Shown here one piece after another: positions 49,801 through 64,000 of a stretch of DNA of 64,000 nucleotides. Position numbers and translations under genes: made by a program. Below the pieces are notes generated by a model. It did no database searches, was not told where the DNA came from, and saw only the letters and a list, made by a program, of their open reading frames with translations. Source of the stretch: Yuukianura sp. NJ FZ-2021 (taxonomy: Eukaryota); the NCBI GenBank assembly GCA_046563655.1, contig CM102287.1, forward strand, positions 186,001-250,000, written 5' to 3'. Within the stretch, counting starts at the first letter, position 1. Each line of letters opens with the position of its first letter.

Positions 49801-52800
49801 CTTTGAAAGTGTAATCACATCAATTTCAAGTCGGTGAATCCGAATTTGCAATTAGATTTCACCGGAAATCCATATTTCTCGAGATACAGCCATTTTGTGA
49901 ATTTGCAGAGCAATTTAACGCCCTACAAAATTCTAGAAAAACTGCCTTTCTAAATACCCACCTTTGAAAGTGTAATCACATCAATTTCAAGTCGGTGAAT
50001 CCAAATTTGCAATTAGATTTCACCGGAAATCCATATTTCTCGAGATACAGCCATTTTGTGAATTTGCAGAGCAATTTAACCCCCTTCAAAATTCTAGAAA
50101 AACTACCTTTCTAAATACCCAACTTTGAAAGTGTACTCACATCAATTTCAAGTCGGTGAATCCGAATTGGCAATTAGATTTCACCGGCAATCCATATTTC
50201 TCGAGATACAGCCATTTTGTGAATTTGCAGAGCAATTTTTCCCCATACAAAATTCTAGAAAAACTACCTTTCTAAATGTCCACCTTTGAAAGTGTACTCA
50301 CATCAATTTCAAGTCGGTGAATCCGAATTTGCAATTAGATTTCACCGGAAATCCATATTTCTCGAGATACAGCCATTTTGTGAATTTGCAGAGCAATTTA
50401 ACCCCTTCAAAATTCTAGAAAAACTACCTTTCTAAATACCCAACTTTGAAAGTGTACTCACATCAATTTCAAGTCGGTGAATCCGAATTTGCAATTAGAT
50501 TTCACCGGAAATCCATATTTCTCGAGATACAGCCATTTTGTGAATTTGCAGAGCAATTTAACCATCTTCAAAATTCTAGAAAAACTACCTTTCTAAATAC
50601 CCACCTTTGAAAGTGTACTCACATCAATTTCAAGTCGGTGAATCCGAATTTGCAATTAGATTTCACCGGAAATCCATATTTCTCGAGATACAGCCATTTT
50701 GTGAATTTGCAGAGCAATTTAACCCCTTCAAAATTCTAGAAAAACTACCTTTCTAAATACCCAACTTTGAAAGTGTACTCACATCAATTTCAAGTCGGTG
50801 AATCGGAATTCGCAATTAGATTTCACCGGAAATCCATATTTCTCGAGATACAGCCATTTTGTGAATTTGCAGAGCAATTTAACCCCCTACAAAATTCTAG
50901 AAAAACTACCTTTCTAAATACCCAACTTTGAAAGTGTAATCACATCAATTTCAAGTCGGTGAATCCAAATTCGCAATTAGATTTCACCGGAAATCCATAT
51001 TTCTCGAGATACAGCCATTTTGTGAATTTGCAGAGCAATTTAACCCCTTCAAAATTCTAGAAAAACTGCCTTTCTAAATACCCACCTTTGAAAGTGTACT
51101 CACATCAATTTCAAGTCGGTGAATCCGAATTTGCAATTAGATTTCACCGGAAATCCATATTTCTCGAGATACAGCCATTTTGTGAATTTGCGGAGCAATT
51201 TAACCCCCTACAAAATTCTAGAAAAACTACCTTTCTAAATACCCAACTTTGAAAGTGTAATCACATCAATTTCAAGTCGGTGAATCCGAATTGGCAATTA
51301 GATTTCACCGGAAATCCATATTTCTCGAGATACAGCCATTTTGTGAATTTGCAGAGCAATTTAACCCCCTTCAAAATTCTAGAAAAACTACCTTTCTAAA
51401 TACCCAACTTTGAAAGTGTACTCACATCAATTTCAAGTCGGTGAATCGGAATTCGCAATTAGATTTCACCGGAAATCCATATTTCTCGAGATACAGCCAT
51501 TTTGTGAATTTGCAGAGCAATTTAACCCCCTACAAAATTCTAGAAAAACTACCTTTCTAAATACCCAACTTTGAAAGTGTAATCACATCAATTTCAAGTC
51601 GGTGAATCCAAATTCGCAATTAGATTTCACCGGAAATCCATATTTCTCGAGATACAGCCATTTTGTGAATTTGCAGAGCAATTTAACCCCCTTCAAAATT
51701 CTAGAAAAACTACCTTTCTAAATACCCAACTTTGAAAGTGTAATCACATCAATTTCAAGTCGGTGAATCCGAATTGGCAATTAGATTTCACCGGCAATCC
51801 ATATTTCTCGAGATACAGCCATTTTGTGAATTTGCAGAGGAATTTTACCCCATACAAAATTCTAGAAAAACTACCTTTTTAAATGTCCACCTTTGAAAGT
51901 ATACTCACATCAATTTCAAGTCGGTGAATCCGAATTTGCAATCAGATTTCACCGGAAATCCATATTTCTCGAGATACAGCCATTTTGTGAATTTGCAGAG
52001 CAATTTAACCCCCTTCAAAATTCTAGAAAAACTACCTTTCTAAATACCCAACTTTGAAAGAGTACTCACATCAATTTCAAGTCGTTGAATCCGATTTTGC
52101 AATTAGATTTCACCGGAAATCCATATTTCTCGAGATACAGCCATTTTGTGAATTTGCAGAGCAATTTAACCATCTTCAAAATTCTATAAAAACTACCTTT
52201 CTAAATACACACCTTTGAAAGTGTACTCACATCAATTTCAAGTCGGTGAATCCGAATTCGCAATTAGATTTCACCGGAAATCCATATTTCTCGAGATACA
52301 GCCATTTTGTGAATTTGCGGAGCAATTTAACCCCTTCAAAATTCTAGAAAAACTACCTTTCTAAATACCCACCTTTGAAAGTGTACTCACATCAATTTCA
52401 AGTCGGTGAATCGGAATTCGCAATTAGATTTCACCGGAAATCCATATTTCTCGAGATACAGCCATTTTGTGAATTTGCAGAGCAATTTAACCCCCTACAA
52501 AATTCTAGAAAAACTACCTTTCTAAATACCCAACTTTGAAAGTGTAATCACATCAATTTCAAGTCGGTGAATCCAAATTCGCAATTAGATTTCACCGGAA
52601 ATCCATATTTCTCGAGATACAGCCATTTTGTGAATTTGCAGAGCAATTTAACCCCTTCAAAATTCTAGAAAAACTAACTTTCTAAATACCCACCTTTGAA
52701 AGTGTACTCACATCAATTTCAAGTCGGTGAATCCGAATTGGCAATTAGATTTCACCGGAAATCTATATTTCTCGAGATACAGCCATTTTGTGAATTTGCA

Positions 52801-55800
52801 GAGCAATTTTACCCCATACAAAATTCTAGAAAAACTACCTTTTTAAATGTCCACCTTTGAAAGTATACTCACATCAATTTCAAGTCGGTGAATCCGAATT
52901 TGCAATCAGATTTCACCGGAAATCCATATTTCTCGAGATACAGCCATTTTGTGAATTTGCAGAGCAATTTAACCCCCTACAAAATTCTACAAAAACTACC
53001 TTTCTAAATACCCAACTTTGAAAGTGTAATCACATCAATTTCAAGTCGGTGAATCCGAATTTGCAATTAGATCTCACCGGAAATCCATATTTCTCGAGAT
53101 ACAGCCATTTTGTGAATTTGCAGAGCAATTTAACCCCTTCAAAATTCTAGAAAAACTACCTTTCTAAATACCCAACTTTGAAAGTGTAATCACATCAATT
53201 TCAAGTCGGTGAATCCAAATTCGCAATTAGATTTCACCGGAAATCCATATTTCTCGAGATACAGCCATTTTGTGAATTTGCAGAGCAATTTAACCCCCTA
53301 CAAAATTCTAGAAAAACTACCTTTCTAAATACCCAACTTTGAAAGTGTAATCACATCAATTTCAAGTCGGTGAATCCAAATTCGCAATTAGATTTCACCG
53401 GAAATCCATATTTCTCGAGATACAGCCATTTTGTGAATTTGCAGAGCAATTTAACCCCCTTCAAAATTCTAGAAAAACTACCTTTCTAAATACCCAACTT
53501 TGAAAGTGTAATCACATCAATTTCAAGTCGGTGAATCCAAATTCGCAATTAGATTTCACCGGAAATCCATATTTCTCGAGATACAGCCATTTTGTGAATT
53601 TGCAGAGGAATTTTACCCCATACAAAATTCTAGAAAAACTACCTTTTTAAATGTCCACCTTTGAAAGTATACTCACATCAATTTCAAGTCGGTGAATCCG
53701 AATTTGCAATCAGATTTCACCGGAAATCCATATTTCTCGAGATACAGCCATTTTGTGAATTTGCAGAGCAATTTAACCCCTTCAAAATTCTAGAAAAACT
53801 ACCTTTCTAAATACCCAACTTTGAAAGTGTACTCACATCAATTTCAAGTCGGTGAATCCGAATTTGCAATTAGATTTCACCGGAAATCCATATTTCTCGA
53901 GATACAGCCATTTTGTGAATTTGCAGAGCAATTTAACCATCTTCAAAATTCTATAAAAACTACCTTTCTAAATACACACCTTTGAAAGTTTACTCACATC
54001 AATTTCAAGTCGGTGAATCCGAATTCGCAATTAGATTTCACCGGAAATCCATATTTCTCGAGATACAGCCATTTTGTGAATTTGCGGATTAATTTAACCC
54101 CCTTCAAAATTCTAGAAAAACTACCTTTCTAAATACCCAACTTTGAAAGTGTACTCACATCAATTTCAAGTCGGTGAATCGGAATTTGCAATTAGATTTC
54201 ACCGGAAATCCATATTTCTCGAGATACAGCCATTTTGTGAATTTGCGGGGCAATTTAACCCCCTACAAAATTCTAGAAAAACTACCTTTCTAAATACCTA
54301 ACTTTGAAAGTGTAATCACATCAATTTCAAGTCGGTGAATCCAAATTCGCAATTAGATTTCACCGGAAATCCATATTTCTCGAGATACAGCCATTTTGTG
54401 AATTTGCAGAGCAATTTAACCCCCTTCAAAATTCTAGAAAAACTACCTTTCTAAATACCCAACTTTGAAAGTGTACTCACATCAATTTCAAGTCGGTGAA
54501 TCCGAATTTGCAATTAGATTTCACCGGAAATCCATATTTCTCGAGATACAGCCATTTTGTGAATTTGCAGAGCAATTTAACCATCTTCAAAATTCTAGAA
54601 AAACTGCCTTTCTAAATACCCACCTTTGAAAGTGTACTCACATCAATTTCAAGTCGGTGAATCCGAATTCGCAATTAGATTTCACCGGAAATCCATATTT
54701 CTCGAGATACAGCCATTTTGTGAATTTGCAGAGCAATTTTACCCCTACAAAATTCTAGAAAAACTACCTTTTTAAATGTCCACCTTTGAAAGTATACTCA
54801 CATCAATTTCAAGTCGGTGAATCCGAATTTGCAATTAGATTTCACCGGAAATCCATATTTCTCGAGATACAGCCATTTTGTGAATTTGCAGAGCAATTTA
54901 ACCCCCTTCAAAATTCTAGAAAAACTACCTTTCTAAATACCCACCTTTGAAAGTGTACTCACATCAATTTCAAGTCGGTGAATCCGAATTTGCAATTAGA
55001 TTTCACCGGAAATCCATATTTCTCGAGATACAGCCATTTTGTGAATTTGCAGAGCAATTTAACCCCCTTCAAAATTCTAGAAAAACTACCTTTCTAAATA
55101 CCCAACTTTGAAAGTGTACTCACATCAATTTCAAGTCGGTGAATCCGAATTCGCAATTAGATTTCACCGGAAATCCATATTTCTCGAGATACAGCCATTT
55201 TGTGAATTTGCAGAGCAATTTAACCCCCTACAAAATTCTAGAAAAACTACCTTTCTAAATACCCAGCTTTGAAAGTGTACTCACATCAATTTCAAGTCGG
55301 TGAATCCAAATTCGCAATTAGATTTCACCGGAAATCCATATTTCTCGAGATACAGCCATTTTGTGAATTTGCGGAGAAATTTAACCCCCTACAAAAATCT
55401 AGAAAAACTAGCTTTCTAAATACCCAACTTTGAAAGTGTACTCACATCAATTTCAAGTCGGTGAATCCGAATTTGCAATTAGATTTCACCGGAAATCCAT
55501 ATTTCTCGAGATACAGCCATTTTGTGAATTTGCGGAGCAATTTAACACCCCTTCAAAATTCTAGAAAAACTACCTTTCTAAATACCCAACTTTGAAAGTG
55601 TAATCACATCAATTTCAAGTCGGTGAATCCAAATTCGCAATTAGATTTCACCGGAAATCCATATTTCTCGAGATACAGCCATTTTGTGAATTTGCAGAGC
55701 AATTTAACCCCTTCAAAATTCTAGAAAAACTACCTTTCTAAATACCCACCTTTGAAAGTGTACTCACATCAATTTCAAGTCGGTGAATCCGAATTGGCAA

Positions 55801-58800
55801 TTAGATTTCACCGGCAATCCATATTTCTCGAGATACAGCCATTTTGTGAATTTGCAGAGGAATTTTACCCCATACAAAATTCTAGAAAAACTACCTTTCT
55901 AAATACCCACCTTTGAAAGTATACTCACATCAATTTCAAGTCGGTGAATCCGAATTTGCAATTAGATTTCACCGGAAATCCATATTTCTCGAGATACAGC
56001 CATTTTGTGAATTTGCAGAGCAATTTAACCCCCTACAAAATTCTAGAAAAACTACCTTTCTAAATACCCAGCTTTGAAAGTGTACTCACATCAATTTCAA
56101 GTCAGTGAATCCAAATTCGAAATTAGATTTCACCGGAAATCCATATTTCTCGAGATACAGCCATTTTGTGAATTTGCGGAGCAATTTAACCCTCTTCAAA
56201 GTTCTTGAAAAACTACCTTTCTAAATACCCAACTTTGAAAGTGTACTCACATCAATTTCAAGTCGGTGAATCCGAATTTGCAATTAGATTTCACCGGAAA
56301 TCCATATTTCTCGAGATACAGCCATTTTGTGAATTTGCGGAGCAATTTAACACCCCTTCAAAATTCTAGAAAAACACCTTTCTAAATACCCAACTTTGAA
56401 AGTGTAATCACATCAATTTCAAGTCGGTGAATCCAAATTCGCAATTAGATTTCACCGGAAATCCATATTTCTCGAGATACAGCCATTTTGTGAATTTGCA
56501 GAGCAATTTAACCCCCTTCAAAATTCTAGAAAAACTACCTTTCTAAATACCCACCTTTGAAAGTGTACTCACATCAATTTCAAGTCGGTGAATCCGAATT
56601 GGCAATTAGATTTCACCGGCAATCCATATTTCTCGAGATACAGCCATTTTGTGAATTTGCAGAGGAATTTTACCCCATACAAAATTCTAGAAAAACTACC
56701 TTTCTAAATACCCACCTTTGAAAGTATACTCACATCAATTTCAAGTCGGTGAATCCGAATTTGCAATTAGATTTCACCGGAAATCCATATTTCTCGAGAT
56801 ACAGCCATTTTGTGAATTTGCGGACCAATTTTACGCCCTACAAAATTCTAGAAAAACTACCTTTCTAAATACCCAACTTTGAAAGTGTAATCACATCAAT
56901 TTCAAGTCGGTGAATCCAAATTCGCAATTAGATTTCACCGGAAATCCATATTTCTCGAGATACAGCCATTTTGTGAATTTGCAGAGCAATTTAACCCCCT
57001 TCAAAATTCTAGAAAAACTACCTTTCTAAATACCCAACTTTGAAAGTGTACTCACATCAATTTCAAGTCGGTGAATCCGAATTTGCAATTAGATTTCACC
57101 GGAAATCCATATTTCTCGAGATACAGCCATTTTGTGAATTTGCAGAGCAATTTAACCCCCTTCAAAATTCTAGAAAAACTACCTTTCTAAATACCCAACT
57201 TTGAAAGTGTAATCACATCAATTTCAAGTCGGTGAATCCAAATTCGCAATTAGATTTCACCGGAAATCCATATTTCTCGAGATACAGCCATTTTGTGAAT
57301 TTGCAGAGCAATTTAACCCCCTTCAAAATTCTAGAAAAACTACCTTTCTAAATACCCAACTTTGAAAGTGTACTCACATCAATTTCAAGTCGGTGAATCC
57401 GAATTCGCAATTAGATTTCACCGGAAATCCATATTTCTCGAGATACAGCCATTTTGTGAATTTGCAGAGCAATTTTACCCCCTACAAAATTCTAGAAAAA
57501 CTACCTTTTTAAATGTCCACCTTTGAAAGTGTACTCACATCAATTTCAAGTCGGTGAATCCGAATTTGCAATTAGATTTCACCGGAAATCCATATTTCTC
57601 GAGATACAGCCATTTTGTGAATTTGCAGAGCAATTTAACCCCCTTCAAAATTCTAGAAAAACTACCTTTCTAAATACCCACCTTTGAAAGTGTACTCACA
57701 TCAATTTCAAGTCGGTGAATCCGAATTTGCAATTAGATTTCACCGGAAATCCATATTTCTCGAGATACAGCCATTTTGTGAATTTGCGGATTAATTTAAC
57801 CCCTTCAAAATTCTAGAAAAACTACCTTTCTAAATACCCAACTTTGAAAGTGTACTCACATCAATTTCAAGTCGGTGAATCCGAATTCGCAATTAGATTT
57901 CACCGGAAATCCATATTTCTCGAGATACAGCCATTTTGTGAATTTGCAGAGCAATTTAACCCCCTACAAAATTCTAGAAAAACTACCTTTCTAAATACCC
58001 AGCTTTGAAAGTGTACTCACATCAATTTCAAGTCAGTGAATCCAAATTCGCAATCAGATTTCACCGGAAATCCATATTTCTCGAGATACAGCCATTTTGT
58101 GAATTTGCGGAGCAATTTAACCCTCTTCAAAGTTCTTGAAAAACTACCTTTCTAAATACCCAACTTTGAAAGTGTACTCACATCAATTTCAAGTCGGTGA
58201 ATCCGAATTTGCAATTTGATCTCACCGGAAATCCATATTTCTCGAGATACAGCCATTTTGTGAATTTGCGGAGCAATTTAACACCCCTTCAAAATTCTAG
58301 AAAAACACCTTTCTAAATACCCAACTTTGAAAGTGTAATCACATCAATTTCAAGTCGGTGAATCCAAATTCGCAATTAGATTTCACCGGAAATCCATATT
58401 TCTCGAGATACAGCCATTTTGTGAATTTGCAGAGCAATTTAACCCCCTTCAAAATTCTAGAAAAACTACCTTTCTAAATACCCACCTTTGAAAGTGTACT
58501 CACATCAATTTCAAGTCGGTGAATCCGAATTGGCAATTAGATTTCACCGGCAATCCATATTTCTCGAGATACAGCCATTTTGTGAATTTGCAGAGGAATT
58601 TTACCCCATACAAAATTCTAGAAAAACTACCTTTTTAAATGTCCACCTTTGAAAGTATACTCACATCAATTTCAAGTCGGTGAATCCGAATTTGCAATCA
58701 GATTTCACCGGAAATCCATATTTCTCGAGATACAGCCATTTTGTGAATTTGCAGAGCAATTTAACCCCCTACAAAATTCTAGAAAAACTACCTTTCTAAA

Positions 58801-61800
58801 TACCCAGCTTTGAAAGTGTACTCACATCAATTTCAAGTCAGTGAATCCAAATTCGCAATCAGATTTCACCGGAAATCCATATTTCTCGAGATACAGCCAT
58901 TTTGTGAATTTGCGGAGCAATTTAACCCTCTTCAAAGTTCTTGAAAAACTACCTTTCTAAATACCCAACTTTGAAAGTGTACTCACATCAATTTCAAGTC
59001 GGTGAATCCGAATTTGCAATTTGATTTCACCGGAAATCCATATTTCTCGAGATACAGCCATTTTGTGAATTTGCGGAGCAATTTAACACCCCTTCAAAAT
59101 TCTAGAAAAACTACCTTTCTAAATACCCAACTTTGAAAGTGTACTCACATCAATTTCAAGTCGGTGAATCCAAATTCGCAATTAGATTTCACCGGAAATC
59201 CATATTTCTCGAGATACAGCCATTTTGTGAATTTGCAGAGCAATTTAACCCCCTTCAAAATTCTAGAAAAACTACCTTTCTAAATACCCAACTTTGAAAG
59301 TGTACTCACATCAATTTCAAGTCGGTGAATCCGAATTCGCAATTAGATTTCACCGGAAATCCATATTTCTCGAAATACAGCCATTTTGTGAATTTGCAGA
59401 GCAATTTTACCCCCTACAAAATTCTAGAAAAACTACCTTTTTAAATGTCCACCTTTGAAAGTATACTCACATCAATTTCAAGTCGGTGAATCCGAATTTG
59501 CAATCAGATTTCACCGGAAATCCATATTTCTCGAGATACAGCCATTTTGTGAATTTGCAGAGCAATTTAACCCCCTTCAAAATTCTAGAAAAACTACCTT
59601 TCTAAATACCCACCTTTGAAAGTGTACTCACCTCAATTTCAAGTCGGTGAATCCGAATTTGCAATTAGATTTCACCGGAAATCCATATTTCTCGAGATAC
59701 AGCCATTTTGTGAATTTGCGGATTAATTTAACCCCCTTCAAAATTCTAGAAAAACTACCTTTCTAAATACCCAACTTTGGAAGTGTACTCACATCAATTT
59801 CAAGTCGGTGAATCGGAATTCGCAATTAGATTTCACCGGAAATCCATATTTCTCGAGATACAGCCATTTTGTGAATTTGCAGAGCAATTTAACCCCCTAC
59901 AAAATTCTAGAAAAACTACCTTTCTAAATACCCAGCTTTGAAAGTGTACTCACATCAATTTCAAGTCAGTGAATCCAAATTCGCAATCAGATTTCACCGG
60001 AAATCCATATTTCTCGAGATACAGCCATTTTGTGAATTTGCGGAGCAATTTAACCCTCTTCAAAGTTCTTGAAAAACTACCTTTCTAAATACCCAACTTT
60101 GAAAGTGTACTCACATCAATTTCAAGTCGGTGAATCCGAATTTGCAATTTGATCTCACCGGAAATCCATATTTCTCGAGATACAGCCATTTTGTGAATTT
60201 GCGGAGCAATTTAACACCCCTTCAAAATTCTAGAAAAACACCTTTCTAAATACCCAACTTTGAAAGTGTAATCACATCAATTTCAAATCGGTGAATCCAA
60301 ATTCGCAATTAGATTTCACCGGAAATCCATATTTCTCGAGATACAGCCATTTTGTGAATTTGCAGAGCAATTTAACCCCCTTCAAAATTCTAGAAAAACT
60401 ACCTTTCTAAATACCCACCTTTGAAAGTGTACTCACATCAATTTCAAGTCGGTGAATCCGAATTGGCAATTAGATTTCACCGGCAATCCATATTTCTCGA
60501 GATACAGCCATTTTGTGAATTTGCAGAGGAATTTTACCCCATACAAAATTCTAGAAAAACTACCTTTTTAAATGTCCACCTTTGAAAGTATACTCACATC
60601 AATTTCAAGTCGGTGAATCCGAATTTGCAATCAGATTTCACCGGAAATCCATATTTCTCGAGATACAGCCATTTTGTGAATTTGCAGAGCAATTTAACCC
60701 CCTACAAAATTCTAGAAAAACTACCTTTCTAAATACCCAGCTTTGAAAGTGTACTCACATCAATTTCAAGTCAGTGAATCCAAATTCGCAATCAGATTTC
60801 ACCGGAAATCCATATTTCTCGAGATACAGCCATTTTGTGAATTTGCGGAGCAATTTAACCCTCTTCAAAGTTCTTGAAAAACTACCTTTCTAAATACCCA
60901 ACTTTGAAAGTGTACTCACATCAATTTCAAGTCGGTGAATCCGAATTTGCAATTTGATCTCACCGGAAATCCATATTTCTCGAGATACAGCCATTTTGTG
61001 AATTTGCGGAGCAATTTAACACCCCTTCAAAATTCTAGAAAAACACCTTTCTAAATACCCAACTTTGAAAGTGTAATCACATCAATTTCAAATCGGTGAA
61101 TCCAAATTCGCAATTAGATTTCACCGGAAATCCATATTTCTCGAGATACAGCCATTTTGTGAATTTGCAGAGCAATTTAACCCCTTCAAAATTCTAGAAA
61201 AACTACCTTTCTAAATACCCACCTTTGAAAGTGTACTCACATCAATTTCAAGTCGGTGAATCCGAATTGGCAATTAGATTTCACCGGCAATCCATATTTC
61301 TCGAGATACAGCCATTTTGTGAATTTGCAGAGGAATTTTACCCCATACAAAATTCTAGAAAAACTACCTTTTTAAATGTCCACCTTTGAAAGTATACTCA
61401 CATCAATTTCAAGTCGGTGAATCCGAATTTGCAATCAGATTTCACCGGAAATCCATATTTCTCGAGATACAGCCATTTTGTGAATTTGCGGAGCAATTTA
61501 ACCCCCTACAAAATTCTAGAAAAACTACCTTTCTAAATACCCAACTTTGAAAGTGTAATCACATCAATTTCAAGTCGGTGAATCCAAATTCGCAATTAGA
61601 TTTCAACGGAAATCCATATTTCTCGAGATACAGCCATTTTGTGAATTTGCAGAGCAATTTAACCCCCTTCAAAATTCTAGAAAAACTACCTTTCTAAATA
61701 CCCAACTTTGAAAGTGTACTCACATCAATTTCAAGTCGGTGAATCCGAATTTGCAATTAGATCTCACCGGAAATCCATATTTCTCGAGATACAGCCATTT

Positions 61801-64000
61801 TGTGAATTTGCAGAGCAATTTAACACCCCTTCAAAATTCTAGAAAAACTACCTTTCTAAATACCCAACTTTGAAAGTGTAATCACATCAATTTCAAGTCG
61901 GTGAATCCAAATTCGCAATTAGATTTCACCGGAAATCCATATTTCTCGAGATACAGCCATTTTGTGAATTTGCAGAGCAATTTAACCCCCTTCAAAATTC
62001 TAGAAAAACTACCTTTCTAAATACCCACCTTTGAAAGTGTACTCACATCAATTTCAAGTCGGTGAATCCGAATTTGCAATTAGATTTCACCGGCAATCCA
62101 TATTTCTCGAGATACAGCCATTTTGTGAATTTGCAGAGGAATTTTACCCCATACAAAATTCTAGAAAAACTACCTTTTTAAATGTCCACCTTTGAAAGTA
62201 TACTCACATCAATTTCAAGTCGGTGAATCCGAATTTGCAATCAGATTTCACCGGAAATCCATATTTCTCGAGATACAGCCATTTTGTGAATTTGCAGAGC
62301 AATTTAACCCCCTACAAAATTCTAGAAAAACTACCTTTCTAAATACCCAGCTTTGAAAGTGTACTCACATCAATTTCAAGTCGGTGAATCCGAATTCGCA
62401 ATCAGATTTCACCGGAAATCCATATTTCTCGAGATACAGCCATTTTGTGAATTTGCTGAGCAATTTAACCCACTACAAAGTTCTAGAAAAACTACCTTTC
62501 TAAATACCCAACTTTGAAAGTGTACTCACATCAATTTCAAGTCGGTGAATCCGAATTTGCAATTTGATCTCACCGGAAATCCATATTTCTCGAGATACAG
62601 CCATTTTGTGAATTTGCGGAGCAATTTAACACCCCTTCAAAATTCTAGAAAAACACCTTTCTAAATACCCAACTTTGAAAGTGTAATCACATCAATTTCA
62701 AATCGGTGAATCCAAATTCGCAATTAGATTTCACCGGAAATCCATATTTCTCGAGATACAGCCATTTTGTGAATTTGCAGAGCAATTTAACCCCCTTCAA
62801 AATTCTAGAAAAACTACCTTTCTAAATACCCACCTTTGAAAGTGTACTCACATCAATTTCAAGTCGGTGAATCCGAATTGGCAATTAGATTTCACCGGCA
62901 ATCCATATTTCTCGAGATACAGCCATTTTGTGAATTTGCAGAGGAATTTTACCCCATACAAAATTCTAGAAAAACTACCTTTTTAAATGTCCACCTTTGA
63001 AAGTATACTCACATCAATTTCAAGTCGGTGAATCCGAATTTGCAATCAGATTTCACCGGAAATCCATATTTCTCGAGATACAGCCATTTTGTGAATTTGC
63101 GGAGCAATTTAACCCCTACAAAATTCTAGAAAAACTACCTTTCTAAATACCCAACTTTGAAAGTGTACTCACATCAATTTCAAGTCGGTGAATCCAAATT
63201 CGCAATTAGATTTCACCGGAAATCCATATTTCTCGAGATACAGCCATTTTGTGAATTTGCAGAGCAATTTAACCCCCTTCAAAATTCTAGAAAAACTACC
63301 TTTCTAAATACCCAACTTTGAAAGTGTACTCACATCAATTTCAAGTCGGTGAATCCGAATTTGCAATTAGATTTCACCGGCAATCCATATTTCTCGAGAT
63401 ACAGCCATTTTGTGAATTTGCAGAGCAATTTAACCCCCTTCAAAATTCTAGAAAAACTACCTTTCTAAATACCCAACTTTGAAAGTGTACTCACATCAAT
63501 TTCAAGTCGGTGAATCCGAATTTGCAATTAGATTTCACCGGAAATCCATATTTCTCGAGATACAGCCATTTTGTGAATTTGCAGAGCAATTTAACCCCCT
63601 TCAAAATTCTAGAAAAACTACCTTTCTAAATACCCAACTTTGAAAGTGTACTCACATCAATTTCAAGTCGGTGAATCGGAATTCGCAATTAGATTTCACC
63701 GGAAATCCATATTTCTCGAGATACAGCCATTTTGTGAATTTGCAGAGCAATTTAACCCCCTACAAAATTCTAGAAAAACTACCTTTCTAAATACCCAACT
63801 TTGAAAGTGTACTCACATCAATTTCAAGTCGGTGAATCCAAATTCGCAATCAGATTTCACCGGAAATCCATATTTCTCGAGATACAGCCATTTTGTGAAT
63901 TTGCGGAGCAATTTAACCCCTTCAAAATTCTAGAAAAACTACCTTTCTAAATACCCAACTTTGAAAGTGTACTCACATCAATTTCAAGTCGGTGAATCCG
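19886..64000 (+). repeat. Satellite B, 160-161-bp monomer, roughly 275 copies, continues past window end
   Basis: The unit cagagcaatttaacccc...tttcaagtcggtgaatccgaatttgcaattagatttcaccggaaatccatatttctcgagatacagccattttgtgaatttg recurs head-to-tail. XhoI and usually XbaI sites occur once per monomer. Confidence 0.98.
55500..63050 (+). repeat. Higher-order repeat of satellite B (5-mer ~805 bp, with 7-mer variants giving a 12-mer ~1.93 kb)
   Basis: The variant aacacccc occurs near 55545, 56349, 58280, 59085, 60212, 61018, 61822 and 62628. The variant gaggaattttacccca occurs near 55859, 56663, 58595, 60528, 61331, 62138 and 62941. Confidence 0.8.

Noticed and set aside
19886..64000. Conserved/variable alternation as a CRISPR-like array
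   Set aside because: The variable parts are point variants of one sequence rather than unique spacers. The unit is too long, there are no cas genes, and the context is eukaryotic.

Overview
Eukaryotic (probably invertebrate) heterochromatic or pericentromeric window with no host genes. Positions 1-~6467 hold the 5' part of a Ty3/Gypsy LTR retrotransposon on the minus strand: 5' LTR, tRNA-Phe-type PBS, gag with a CCHC knuckle, PR-RT-RNaseH-IN, and an extra ORF running off the window start. Between gag and the protease it carries a complete macrodomain of the SCO6735/TARG1/DarG-like ADP-ribosylhydrolase class, which is the main finding. Next comes a ~190-bp satellite array (~6500-19785), interrupted by a 1.1-kb fold-back element inserted exactly in AAA|TTT with no target-site duplication (Spy-like). 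After a 100-N gap, a ~160-161-bp satellite array runs from 19886 to 64000 and develops a 5-mer/12-mer higher-order repeat at its distal end. The frameshifts in the retroelement look like homopolymer indels (long-read error or decay). All family assignments come from motif recognition by eye; no searches were run.
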